Source: a virus (taxonomy: Duplodnaviria; Caudoviricetes). From it: DNA of 64,000 nt. Within the stretch, counting starts at the first letter, position 1; the number at the start of each line of letters is the position of its first letter. The stretch spans positions 8,867 to 72,866 of the IMG/VR virus record IMGVR_UViG_2574180309_000001; one strand, written 5' to 3'. A program made the translations under genes and the position numbers. Of the stretch, positions 51,447-61,785 are shown piece by piece. Under the pieces are notes generated by a model. It worked only from the letters and a program-made list of their open reading frames with translations, ran no database searches and was not told where the DNA came from.

Positions 51447-52037
51447 ATGACGGACGAAATTGTTTATTCTGCTAGTGAAGTATACAAACGACTAGGAATA
51501 AGTGATAGCACCCTTAGAAAGTACATGGAAGTATTACAGCGAGAGAAATACATCGTAAAGAAAGATAATCGTGGCAGACGCCAATACACAGACAATGACA
51601 TTATGGTGATTGAGAAATTAATCGAACTGAGTAAGCATGACGGTATGACGCTAGAAAAGGCAGCTAAGATGATTGCACAGCAAATAGAAAAAGTTAATCC
51701 GGATTTGATTCAAGAAGAAGTTGAGGAAACGGATTTAGTGCCATTCCACATTAAACAGCAATTACAGGAACAGTACAGCGTTATGGCGCAGGAAATGAAT
51801 CAAAGCATGTTAGCGATGGAGAAGCGATTGAGTGACCAGGCGGAGCAAAACAATGAGGAAATCAAAGCGAGCGTAGAAGCGCATAATGAGCGCGTGGAAA
51901 AACGATTGGAAGCGCGGGATGAGACGCTTATGAAGACACTACGTGAAATGCAGGAAACGAAGAGAATGATGCAGGAATTTCGAGATGAGGTTGCTGCTGC
52001 GAAAGAGAAGAAAAAACCGTGGTGGCGGTTCTGGTAA
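51447..52037 (+). CDS. MerR-like HTH + coiled coil protein (DUF3967-like)
   Basis: YSASEVYKRLGISDSTLRKY; C-terminal KKPWWRFW; RBS AGGAGG before 51447. Confidence 0.8.
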   Translation: MTDEIVYSASEVYKRLGISDSTLRKYMEVLQREKYIVKKDNRGRRQYTDNDIMVIEKLIELSKHDGMTLEKAAKMIAQQIEKVNPDLIQEEVEETDLVPFHIKQQLQEQYSVMAQEMNQSMLAMEKRLSDQAEQNNEEIKASVEAHNERVEKRLEARDETLMKTLREMQETKRMMQEFRDEVAAAKEKKKPWWRFW

Positions 52038-52094
52038 GAATATGTAACAAACTACGCATAGGTAAAAGAGGAGTGAGATTTCACTCCCCTTTTT

Positions 52095-53234
52095 TTAATT
52101 GTGGATTTCAATAAGCATTAGATCGCTACTACGATTTTGCTTCTCTAAACTTATATCTATTTTAAGATTATTTTTATTTATGTGATATGTATCTGTTCTT
52201 GTATTAGAAGCTATTATTTTATCAATCTCTGTACTCAAATCTAAGTTTGGATTTATCATGGTGATCCACTTTTTTCCTAACTCTATTAATGCTTTATTAT
52301 CTTCAGCTCTATCGATTACAAAATTAACAGTAAAGTTATTTTCATCATCGCCATTTACATAAAAATTCCCATTAAATTCAGGAATCCCCTCTAATACAGG
52401 AGAGAATAAAACTATCTCTGAATGTGGAGCCCCTACCTGTATATACTTTAAATCCGCGTTATATTTTGCATTGATTTCAGTAACAAGATTTTGTGCTTTC
52501 TTAGATATAGATTTTTTTAGTACAGATGAGCTATCCATCCAACCCTCGTGATAAGTAATATACTCATCGGCTAAATCTTGCGGTATAACAGTAGGCTTAG
52601 ATTCAGGCTCTTTTTCTGGTTTTTCCGACTTAATAATTGCATTGTATAAGAATTGTGCATACTGCTCACGAGTTACGATATTTTTAGGTTCAAACATATT
52701 ATCGCCCGTGCCAATAGTGATTTTATTTTCTTGTAATGCACTGATAGCATTTGTTGCCCAGTAATTTTTATCTACATCTTTGAAAGTAGTAGTAGATGTC
52801 GCTTTGAAATTAAAAGCCTTTGTTAATACAGAAGCCAATTGTTCACGTGTTAAAAAATCATCTGGACCAAATTTCCCATCGCCAAATCCATTTATAACAC
52901 CTGCCTTACTAAGACTCAAAATTTCCTTTTCAAACATATGTCCTTGGATATCGCTGAAAGGATTTGATGCATTAGGTTCATCTGCTGGCTTCAAGTAGTT
53001 ATATATCAGTCTAGCTACTTGTCCTCGTGTAATATTATCACCAAAACCAAATATTCCATTTCCATAACCAGCTACAATATTTTTCTCTTTTAAATCCATA
53101 ATTGCTTTATAAGACCAGTGATCTACAGGAACATCTTTAAATCCTACCGTTTCTGCTGCTTGCACATTTGTTAGAGGGGTTAGTGTTGTTGATGCGATAA
53201 CTGTCCCTGCTAAGATTAGTTGTTTAAAGTTCAT
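52095..53234 (-). CDS. Secreted S-layer homology (3 SLH) protein
   Basis: Signal peptide VQA-AE; FKDV...ITRGQ, FSDI...LTREQ, FKDV...VTREQ. Confidence 0.9.
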   Translation of the reverse strand: MNFKQLILAGTVIASTTLTPLTNVQAAETVGFKDVPVDHWSYKAIMDLKEKNIVAGYGNGIFGFGDNITRGQVARLIYNYLKPADEPNASNPFSDIQGHMFEKEILSLSKAGVINGFGDGKFGPDDFLTREQLASVLTKAFNFKATSTTTFKDVDKNYWATNAISALQENKITIGTGDNMFEPKNIVTREQYAQFLYNAIIKSEKPEKEPESKPTVIPQDLADEYITYHEGWMDSSSVLKKSISKKAQNLVTEINAKYNADLKYIQVGAPHSEIVLFSPVLEGIPEFNGNFYVNGDDENNFTVNFVIDRAEDNKALIELGKKWITMINPNLDLSTEIDKIIASNTRTDTYHINKNNLKIDISLEKQNRSSDLMLIEIHN

Positions 53235-53436
53235 AATTAAATCCCCTTATCCGTAAAATAATGTGTTCACACAGAACACTGTACACATTCCGTTTAATAT
53301 TAACATATAGATATTAAAATTTAAATGTTTATTATGGGAATTTTTCTCAAGTAGTTCGTTTCAATCATTTGGTGTTTTTGTTCATCTCTTTGAAAAGGAG
53401 AATAAGCAAAAAAATATTGTCAAAAATCCTTATATC

Positions 53437-53730
53437 CCATTCCACTTTTAAGAACAATTGTAGCAATAGTACAGCGTTATGGCGCAAGAAATGAATCAGA
53501 GCATGTTAGCGATGGAGAAGCGATTGAGTGAGCAAGCGAAGCAAAGCAACGAAGAAATCAAAGCAAGTGTAGAAGCGCATAATGAACGAGTGGAAAAACG
53601 ATTGGAAGCGCGGGATGAGACGCTTATGAAGACACTACGTGAGATGCAGGGAACGAAGAGAATGATGCAGGAATTTCGGGATGAGGTTGCAGCTGCGAAG
53701 GAGAAAAAGCCGTGGTGGAAATTTTGGTGA
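53437..53730 (+). pseudogene. Duplicated 3' half of the DUF3967-like gene
   Basis: Near-identical to 51741-52037; lacks the HTH; stop codons upstream. Confidence 0.75.
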
Positions 53731-53783
53731 GAGAGATACAAAAAGAAGTATCCTAAATGTAAAACAGAGATACTTCTTTTTTC

Positions 53784-54137
53784 TTATTTATTTTCTAATG
53801 TTTCATAAAGACGCTTGTACATATCTTTATATGCATTAGAATGGCGATTTGCTAGATGGGTGTCTACAAAACTTTCAACAAGCATATCAATGATATTATT
53901 AATTGACGTTTTCTCCATACCCTCTTGTTCTTTAATGAATGGTTTAAGGGTATTTAGCTTTAGCAAAACAGCAGGTGAAATTTTAGCTGTTTTAGATGGA
54001 ACTAAACGTTGATCTGGTTTCTCTGGCGTCTGTATTTCCTTTTTCGTTTGATCGTTTTGAATAGTTAAATCAGAACTTTCGGTAATAGGTGTTACAGTTA
54101 CTACAAAAGATTTACTTTTATTATCCAAAGGTACCAC
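53784..54137 (-). CDS. Small partition-associated DNA-binding protein (DUF5388-like)
   Basis: KTAKIS...LNTLK...NIIDMLVESFV, RHH-like; downstream of parA. Confidence 0.6.
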   Translation of the reverse strand: MVPLDNKSKSFVVTVTPITESSDLTIQNDQTKKEIQTPEKPDQRLVPSKTAKISPAVLLKLNTLKPFIKEQEGMEKTSINNIIDMLVESFVDTHLANRHSNAYKDMYKRLYETLENK

Positions 54138-54317
54138 TCCTATTTAGTTTTCTATCGTAAACTATTAAAACTATTTTGCGTTTGTATTGGTAACGACTAT
54201 GTTATTATCTGCTGTTTTCCCTGTGTATTCAAGTAAGTTGGAGAAAGTTAATATATCATGAAGAAAAGTAAAAATATAGAAATATCCCTATTTCTAAATA
54301 GGGATATTTCTATATTT

Positions 54318-54693
54318 TTAAATCTCTGTTAACAGTTTGAATTTCCTTTTCTGTTCAGGTGTTAGCTCGTTTTCTACATAACGATCTATAAGTAAATCGA
54401 TGATCTCATACGTGAATTTTGTGTTTGTAAGTTTCATTAATACTTCAAGTTCTTCTTTTGATTGATTAGAAATTTTAATGCTGCCTTGCTGATTTTTAAA
54501 TTTCTTTTTTAATTCAGTTTTTTCGTTTCTTTTTTTCTTTTTGAGTTACTTGCTTTTCTTCTGTCTTAGGTTGAGAAGGAGCAGATGGAACTTCATTATC
54601 TTCCACTACAGCTTGTCCTTGCTCTGGTACATAAGGCTCAGTAGGTTCAAAGTTACTTTTCTTTCTACCTAACAAACCAGGAGTTCTCGCCAT
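54318..54693 (-). CDS. ParA partner (type Ib centromere-binding protein), extra base in T7 run at 54530-54536
   Basis: Deleting one A gives 124 aa ending GSIKIS...YEIIDLLIDRYVENELTPEQKRKFKLLTEI. Confidence 0.7.
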
Positions 54694-54694
54694 T

Positions 54695-55516
54695 TTACAC
54701 ACCAACCTTCATTTTTTCAAACATATCAATACGAGATAATAATTCATCACTAATTGTTTCGTATAGTTCAATTACATTCATATCATGTCTATCTTTTTCA
54801 GTAATACCATTCACATCAAATCGTTTAATACGTTCCATTTGAGGGACAATGTTTTTGAATAGGTTTTCTTCACCGAAAATTTCACGAGCGTTCTCCATGA
54901 TATATTCGTCAACCTTACCGTTGTTTTTTAATAGGACAGGAAGAACGCCAACTACTTCAATATCAAGATCATATTGTTCCTTTAACTTAATAAGCTCATT
55001 AATATAGTTCTCAGCACCAGTAAGAGAACGTTCTTGTGTTTGCAGAGCAATTAGAACATAATCAGAAGCTACAACTGCATTTTTTGTAACTTCTAGTGAC
55101 ATAGGAGGTACGTCGATAAATATGTAGTCGTATTTATGTTTTATCTTTTCAAGTAATCCTTTAAAGTAATGATCTTCTTCAGCTTCCGAAGAACAATTTT
55201 TATAAAGGAATTTTGCGAAGTCCTGAAAATCAACATAAGAAGGAAGTAAATGTAAGTTCTCCATAATTTCCACTTCTAAGCCGTCTAGGTTTCCCTCTTG
55301 TATACCTTTCATTAATGTTTTTTCAACAGTAACGATTTCATCAGGGTTAAGGATTGATTTTGTTAACATTAAAGACTTTGTTGCGTTACTTTGTGGGTCA
55401 AGATCAACAAGTAATGTACGCTTGCCCTTTTTAGCAAATTCATAAGAGTTCAATACAGCATTTGTGGTTTTACCGACTCCACCTTTGTAATTACCTACCG
55501 TAATTGTAATAGCCAT
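54695..55516 (-). CDS. parA: ParA/Soj-family partition ATPase
   Basis: KGGVGKTT, DLDPQSNAT, YDYIFIDVPP. Confidence 0.92.
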   Translation of the reverse strand: MAITITVGNYKGGVGKTTNAVLNSYEFAKKGKRTLLVDLDPQSNATKSLMLTKSILNPDEIVTVEKTLMKGIQEGNLDGLEVEIMENLHLLPSYVDFQDFAKFLYKNCSSEAEEDHYFKGLLEKIKHKYDYIFIDVPPMSLEVTKNAVVASDYVLIALQTQERSLTGAENYINELIKLKEQYDLDIEVVGVLPVLLKNNGKVDEYIMENAREIFGEENLFKNIVPQMERIKRFDVNGITEKDRHDMNVIELYETISDELLSRIDMFEKMKVGV

Positions 55517-55544
55517 TTTTAACACTCCAGTTATAGTTTTTGAA

Positions 55545-55890
55545 ATTTCCCTATATCCCTTTATAGAAATAGGGAAAAATAGAAATAGGGAAATAGGGAT
55601 ATTTCTAACTATAGAAATAGGGATATTTCTATATCTTTAAAGAAATTATAACAATGAAGTACGGTATATGCAATAGAATCATAGAGTTAGTAATTAATAA
55701 CAAAAACGTTGGTATCAAAAGATTCTTTTGATGTATGAAGTAGAAAGAGTTAAGAAATAAATATGTAAACTTATAGAGAAGTTAGTAGGTAAAAAAATAA
55801 CGAAAATAGGGAAATATAGATATAGGGAAAAGTGGAAATATCCCTATATCTATAAGTGGAAATAGGGAAATAGGGAAATAGGGATATTAT
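55545..55890. repeat. parS-like AAATAGGGA repeats (also at 54270-54320)
   Basis: More than ten direct/inverted ATAGGGAAA/ATAGGGATAT copies flanking the par operon. Confidence 0.75.
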
Positions 55891-56052
55891 TCGGAAAGTG
55901 TGCAAATTCACTGTTTACAAAGGATAGTGCTTGTTGTAACGTAGTAAACAACAAGCACCATTCTACAAAACAAAACATAATTTGATATTTTACATAAACG
56001 AAGATCATGAAGATTAATAGAGCAAAATTAAAAACAATTGAATATGAACATA

Positions 56053-56230
56053 AAACAAAAAGCCACTCCCATATGCTAACGGCTACCAACCTTTAGCGGG
56101 AATGACTCAGCTCTAGTAATTGCTACCAACACTTACTAGACATAACCTGTAACCATGCAGGAATTCAGTTTAAGTAGTGTACCACCACTATCCTTAAACA
56201 ATTATGCCTTTCGACTAGGCTTATTTGATA
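56053..56230 (-). ncRNA. Antisense copy-control-like RNA
   Basis: Promoter TTGAAT(56264-56259)-17-TAAAAT(56241-56236); stem-loops with GUUGGUAGC loops; U-tract terminator. Confidence 0.7.
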
Positions 56231-56310
56231 TACCCATTTTATCTATGATTCGGCTAAAATTCAACTAGTAAATGCTAGAATTGTATTTTTTGCAGTCAAA
56301 AGATATATAT

Positions 56311-56380
56311 AGGGCATCTCTAAGCTAGAAGTCTTGTGAATGTACAAGCTATTTAGGAGTTGGAGATGCCTTTTTGTTTT
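56311..56380 (+). terminator. Attenuator-like terminator
   Basis: GGCATCTCTAA...TTGGAGATGCC followed by TTTTTGTTTT. Confidence 0.65.
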
Positions 56381-57099
56381 GGTTCGCGTGGAATTGCCTG
56401 ATACCACGTAAATAAAAACTGATAAGCCGTAATTCCGTGCTGCTATACATATAGGAGGAACGTGTTACGTGCGTGGCTAGCTGTTGGTCGTGCAGGGGGT
56501 ACAGAGTATACGCCTACAAAAACAGCACCCCTCATTGGAATCCTGTTCTTCTGGTGAGGGTGGGCGAGAACTTGCCCAGGGACGATTCTCTAAAAGGTTC
56601 GGGTGGTTATCGTTAGCATCAAGGTGCTAGGGAGTACATTCAGTTTGTCGTGTAGGGACGATATTATAAGGACAAGCCATAGAAAAAGGATGTATGCGGT
56701 GAAAATCGCTAAGTGAGCAGGGTCTATACATACGGATACCTTATAAGTGACCGCATGGCAAAAACTAAGACGCTTATCCATCTATTTTGATCGATTACTT
56801 TTTTTGTGATCTTTCAAAGTAGGGGATAAATCTGCCTTCCAGCCGTGTTCCATAATCGTTCCCACATGATAAAAACCCTCAAGACCTTCAGTCAATACTA
56901 TTTACTAAGAAAATATAAAGAATGTAAGATAGTATTAGATTTTAAAGGGTTATTAATTAAAAAAAGAGGAAGATAGGAGGAAATGTTAATTTATTTGGAG
57001 GATAGGAGTATTAATTATTAGGGTATTTTTTAGAATTTAGTTTTACACTTTAGGTATAGTACATGAAATTTTATTATTTTATAGAATTGAGGTATAAAG

Positions 57100-57744
57100 T
57101 TGAGTGGATTAATGGAAATTTTAAAGCAATATGCACCAGTGTTAACGATTATAAGTATAGGATTAACTATTTATATCTATTTAAAAAATAAGAAGAAAAA
57201 AGAATTATCTTATCAGGAGGTCTCTTCAACACCGTTAATAAACAGTTTACATAATAAAGTGAAGATTCATGTTGATAATCAAGAAATACAGGAAAAATTA
57301 TATTTGGTTGTTCTTAAAATAGTTAATAGTGGTACTGAACCAATTAAGAAAGATGAATTTGAAAAAGATATATCAATTAAATTTTTAGAAACTTATAAAG
57401 GTGTTTCTAAAGTATTCGATGCTGAAGTTTCTTCGATGAACCCATTAGATATTGAATGTACTTTATATAATAATGAATATGGAAAAGAGTTAGGATTTAA
57501 GCCGTTATTGTTAAATCCAGGAGAAAATTTTACAATAACACTTTTGGTATCTAAATATGATAAAATTTTAATAAGAGGACGAATAGTCGGAGGTAAGATT
57601 ATTCAATCTGTCAAAAAGGATAAAAAATGGTTTTTTGCCCAGCCATTTATCGTTTCTGTGTTGTCGGCGTTGTTTGCAACGTTGATTATGATAGTGATTC
57701 CGATGTTATATGCATTGGTTAAAATTTATTTTAGTAAGTCTTAA
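57100..57744 (+). CDS. Membrane protein (N- and C-terminal TM around a beta-rich domain)
   Basis: Hydrophobic termini; NSG.EPI, LLNPGE motifs. Confidence 0.65.
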   Translation: MSGLMEILKQYAPVLTIISIGLTIYIYLKNKKKKELSYQEVSSTPLINSLHNKVKIHVDNQEIQEKLYLVVLKIVNSGTEPIKKDEFEKDISIKFLETYKGVSKVFDAEVSSMNPLDIECTLYNNEYGKELGFKPLLLNPGENFTITLLVSKYDKILIRGRIVGGKIIQSVKKDKKWFFAQPFIVSVLSALFATLIMIVIPMLYALVKIYFSKS

Positions 57745-57849
57745 TAAAACAAGTTGGAAGTGTAACTTAATACATAGCCTACCTATTAGATAGGCTATGT
57801 ATTAAGAAGAAAAGACACCTTAAGGTGTCTTCCTTCGACTTGAACCACT

Positions 57850-58683
57850 TTAATTTTGGTTTAGTTTTATGTTCAATTCATCTTTATATTTTTCAATCAG
57901 ACCAAGTTCATCCATTAATTTAATAAATTCACCATTCAACTCAGGAGACATGTATTTAATGATTTCTTGTATTGCTGCTGTACAAAAAGCCCTTGCGGCT
58001 CCTTCGTGAAAACCTATATTTACCTCACTTCTAATAGGTCTTAATGAAAATTCATCGTTAATTAAATCCATTGAATTCAATCCATTTAACGCTTGTGTTG
58101 CATGTGTTTCTTCTGATAAGAGTCCATAGTATCGATAAAGCTTCGGATCGTTTATTATCTCTACTAATCCTTTAATGGTTTTTGGACCGTCAAACAAAGA
58201 ATACCAATAAGGAGCATATCTTGATTTATTTTTGCGATAGAGACGATTCCATTCATTTAAAATGTCTTGAAATGCCGAATCGTTTAAGATTTTCGATGTT
58301 TTTTTAAGTATAGAATCTGGATAATCGCTTGGCATGTCATTTGGTGGAACTTTTTTAAATTGTTTAGCCGTTTTTTCTAAACTTTTTATATATCCTACAT
58401 AATAGCAGAGAGCTCTGTTTTTAATAAAAGTATCCTCGAGGAGAATATATTTTAAAGCAAGAAGATTTTCAAAGGCTGTTCGAACCACAACTCTGGAAGG
58501 CCCTGCTAACATATGATCAACTAAGACAAAGTTTCCATCAACCTGTTCAATTAATTTACGATAAATGGATAAAATAATTTTTTGTTCAAGATTTAAATCA
58601 TCTTTTACACATAAATCCATTAATAGTTTTTCGGCGAAACAAATACTTTTACTTAACTCTTCTATTTCTAATTTTTTCCCCAT
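57850..58683 (-). CDS. DUF5677-like protein (HEPN-like fold)
   Basis: VRTAFE, YWYSLFDGP, YGLLSEETH. Confidence 0.6.
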   Translation of the reverse strand: MGKKLEIEELSKSICFAEKLLMDLCVKDDLNLEQKIILSIYRKLIEQVDGNFVLVDHMLAGPSRVVVRTAFENLLALKYILLEDTFIKNRALCYYVGYIKSLEKTAKQFKKVPPNDMPSDYPDSILKKTSKILNDSAFQDILNEWNRLYRKNKSRYAPYWYSLFDGPKTIKGLVEIINDPKLYRYYGLLSEETHATQALNGLNSMDLINDEFSLRPIRSEVNIGFHEGAARAFCTAAIQEIIKYMSPELNGEFIKLMDELGLIEKYKDELNIKLNQN

Positions 58684-59007
58684 AATATTTCCTTCCTAAA
58701 TTCAATAATGACATTGTGCTATAGTGTTTATTAAGTAAAAGAAAAGACACCCTAAGGTGCCTTCCTCTACTCAATCTACATAAGACTTTTCTTACAGCAC
58801 AAATATATCTGGGTTCCACCCAACTTATATTTTACTACATCTCTTTATAAAGTTTAATTAATTTAATGTAAATTTTATAAAGAAAAGACACGCTAAGGAT
58901 TTTTGAACCGTTTTAGTATTGATGGAGACGATAAAAAATGAAAGCTTCAGGCAACCCTAAAGGGTTGCCTGAAACTTTCATTTTTTCACTTTTTACAGTC
59001 TTAAACT

Positions 59008-59184
59008 TTAAAATTCAATTTTTACTTTGCAATAATAAAGGCCATCTACAACATGGCATTCTAAGTTGCCTCTGCTTGTTTTTGCCACCCCTGATTCAAC
59101 ATCTAGCCCCTCTAATGTTACTTGTGCTCCTTCTGGGGTTCTGAATACAAGGTTATCCTGAGTTAATGAATGTTCTGGATTCAT
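59008..59184 (-). CDS. Small protein (58 aa, not in ORF track)
   Basis: RBS AAAGGAGG; MNPEHSLTQDNLVFRTPEG...YYCKVKIEF; long terminator at 58933-58986. Confidence 0.65.
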   Translation of the reverse strand: MNPEHSLTQDNLVFRTPEGAQVTLEGLDVESGVAKTSRGNLECHVVDGLYYCKVKIEF

Positions 59185-59421
59185 TATATTTCGCCTCCTT
59201 TCAACATCAGTCAGAGATTATTTTTCACCGAATGAGATATTTTTATTCGTTAAAAGTTAAATAGGGGTTCAACCGAGGTATCTGAATTTAGTAGTTATGA
59301 TTATGATTGCCAGGATTATTATTGGAAATTATGTATTTATAAAATTAAATTTCACATATTTAGTTGGTTATTTGTTGAGAATAGGTATTGTATATTTTTT
59401 AAAAATTTTGAGGTGTATTAA

Positions 59422-60396
59422 ATGAATAATAATTTTAGTGAACAAGATCAAAATAATAAAATGAGATTAATTCCTTATAAAGTAGCAGAAGTGTTTGAAG
59501 AAGTTAATGAAATACCACTAGGTGTTAAGCTTATTAAAGCTCCTGAAATTTGGGATAAAAGTGAAAAGGGAAAAAATATTGTAGTTGCTGTTTTGGATAC
59601 AGGTTGTCAAATTGATCATATTGATTTAAAAGATCGTATCATTGGGGGGCGTAATTTTACTACAGATTATAATCATGACCCAAATAATTTTTCTGATAAT
59701 GCAGGACATGGAACTCATGTTGCGGGTATTATCGCTGCCACAGAAAATAATAAAGGAGTTGTTGGTGTAGCACCAGAAGCTAAGTTGCTTATTTTAAAGG
59801 TTCTTAATGGTGAGGAGAGTGGACCATATGAATGGATAATTAATGGTCTTAATTACGCAGTAAAATGGGAAGGGCCTAGTGGAGAAAAAGTAAGAGTTAT
59901 TTCTATGTCTTTAGAAGGATCGTTGAATAGTCCACAGTTACATCAAGCTGTAAAAAATGCTGTAGACAATGATATTTTAGTTGTTTGCGCTTCTGGTAAT
60001 AAAGGTGATTGTAGTGAACAAACAGATGAATTGGCATATCCGGGCTCATATCAAGAGGTTGTAGAAGTAGGTGCTATAGACTTAAATAAAAAATTAGCTT
60101 GTTTTAGTAATTCAAATAAAAATATAGATTTAGTTGCTCCTGGAGATGGATTTTTTTTAGGGGAAGGTATTTTGTCAACATATATTAATGGAGGGTATGC
60201 CAAATTATTTGGTACATCTATGGCTACTCCACACATTGCAGGTGCGGTTGCGTTAATTATTAAGGAATGTGAAAAAGAATTTGGAAGAACTTTATCTGAG
60301 GATGAAATTTATGCACAATTGATTAAAAAAACTACTTCTCTCCAGTATGATAAACGTTCTGAAGGAAATGGCTTAATAGATTTAGCCAAAATATAA
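59422..60396 (+). CDS. Intracellular subtilisin-like S8 serine protease (Isp-type)
   Basis: N-terminal LIPY motif; VLDTG, HGTHVAG, GTSMATPH; no signal peptide. Confidence 0.92.
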   Translation: MNNNFSEQDQNNKMRLIPYKVAEVFEEVNEIPLGVKLIKAPEIWDKSEKGKNIVVAVLDTGCQIDHIDLKDRIIGGRNFTTDYNHDPNNFSDNAGHGTHVAGIIAATENNKGVVGVAPEAKLLILKVLNGEESGPYEWIINGLNYAVKWEGPSGEKVRVISMSLEGSLNSPQLHQAVKNAVDNDILVVCASGNKGDCSEQTDELAYPGSYQEVVEVGAIDLNKKLACFSNSNKNIDLVAPGDGFFLGEGILSTYINGGYAKLFGTSMATPHIAGAVALIIKECEKEFGRTLSEDEIYAQLIKKTTSLQYDKRSEGNGLIDLAKI

Positions 60397-61151
60397 TAAA
60401 AATTATATAAAAGGTTAGTGTGGATTAATTTTAAAACTCTTTATTTTCAATGTTTCTGTTAATATTTTATTAATTGAATATGGAGGGTAACTTAGTAAGG
60501 ATTTAAATATGTGGACCACTAGTAGATTAAAAGAACTTGAATAATTCAAGTTCTTTTTTTGGATTGTAATTAAATCCTAGATTAACCCCTCATACCCTAG
60601 ATGCTGCCTAATGAAACGACCTGTCTAACTTTCGGGGGTCACTTCAGAAATAGGTGGGCTTTTTAATACACAAAAAAGACACCCTAAGGTGCCTTTCTCC
60701 GACTTGAACCACTTTAATTTTATATAAATATACACGTATTACCCCTTTGTTATACGTGTAAACACATCCTATAAAACAGAATCGTCTATATACACCAGAT
60801 TGTTAGTTCACAAAATATCAAGAGATTTGAGATCAATATGTTACGTCTTTTAAAAGAATCTGCTTTATAGAATGTATCCACAATTTATATTTTACTACAT
60901 GTAATATTTATTTGGTGTATTTTTTATGAATATGTATAATTGCATAAAGTATATGAAAAAATGAGAGTATAATTTGGTATTGTGTAATAAAGATATAGCC
61001 CACCTACGGAAATAGGTGGGCTTGTTTTGGTAGTTCTATCTCGTTGTAAACTAATTTAACAACTTATGATTATAAGAATATTTTCGAACCTTTCATCTAA
61101 TGTAGAATTAGATGAAAGGTTCGAAAATAAAAAAGAATTAGAAGTGATTAT

Positions 61152-61313
61152 TTGAATAAATTAATATCATTGTTTTTATTGGCTACATTTTGTTTAAATA
61201 TCGCAGGATGTTCTAACGATATGGCTACACCAAGGGATAATTTTAAACCCTCAACACATAAGAAGGTTAAATGTATCAACAAAGCATGGTATAAAAAATC
61301 ACATGTTATGTAA
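61152..61313 (+). pseudogene. Truncated lipoprotein remnant
   Basis: TTG start, hydrophobic stretch, lipobox IAGC, stop after 53 aa. Confidence 0.35.
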
Positions 61314-61527
61314 AAATTCCCCTCCTAGAAATTTTCATTTGTTAATTATAATATAAATATAGTAAAATTAAGTTCTCTAAAACTACCCAAAAAGGACTGC
61401 CAGTAATGGTGGTTCTTTTATATTGGTGAGATTGTACTAGTATGATAGAATAAGAACAACTGTATATTGTAGGGTGGGCGGTTACGACTGTCCTTTTCTC
61501 ATTTAATGAGGAAAGGAGGTGTAGCCA

Positions 61528-61683
61528 ATGGATCTATTTCTTCAAATAGTATTAGAGGTAATTAAGACGATCGTACGAGAACTTGTAGTTTTCGTGGTTA
61601 AGAAAATTACTTCTAAAAATAAAAAGAAGAAGACCACCCGTCAGCCTCGCAAGCGTGGGAAGTCTTCTAAATCTAAAAAGTAG
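61528..61683 (+). CDS. Type I toxin-like peptide (51 aa, not in ORF track)
   Basis: RBS AAAGGAGGT; amphipathic/hydrophobic N-terminal half and Lys/Arg-rich tail. Confidence 0.7.
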   Translation: MDLFLQIVLEVIKTIVRELVVFVVKKITSKNKKKKTTRQPRKRGKSSKSKK

Positions 61684-61785
61684 TATTTAGTCGCAACCAC
61701 TCACCTTGCGGTAGCAGTTACTTGAAGAGATGTTAGCGCATCTCTTCTTTTATTATATACATACTGTATTACTGTAATACTAATA
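61620..61785 (-). ncRNA. Convergent antitoxin RNA
   Basis: TTGATT-16-TATAAT with extended TG; terminator hairpin and U-run inside the toxin ORF 3' end. Confidence 0.6.

Noticed and set aside
55850-56781. Short ORFs (55850-56089, 56590-56781 and a 31-aa GTG ORF at ~56462) as Rep proteins
   Set aside because: Too short, no replication motifs, overlap RNA structures; the 31-aa ORF cannot be fully excluded as a leader peptide.
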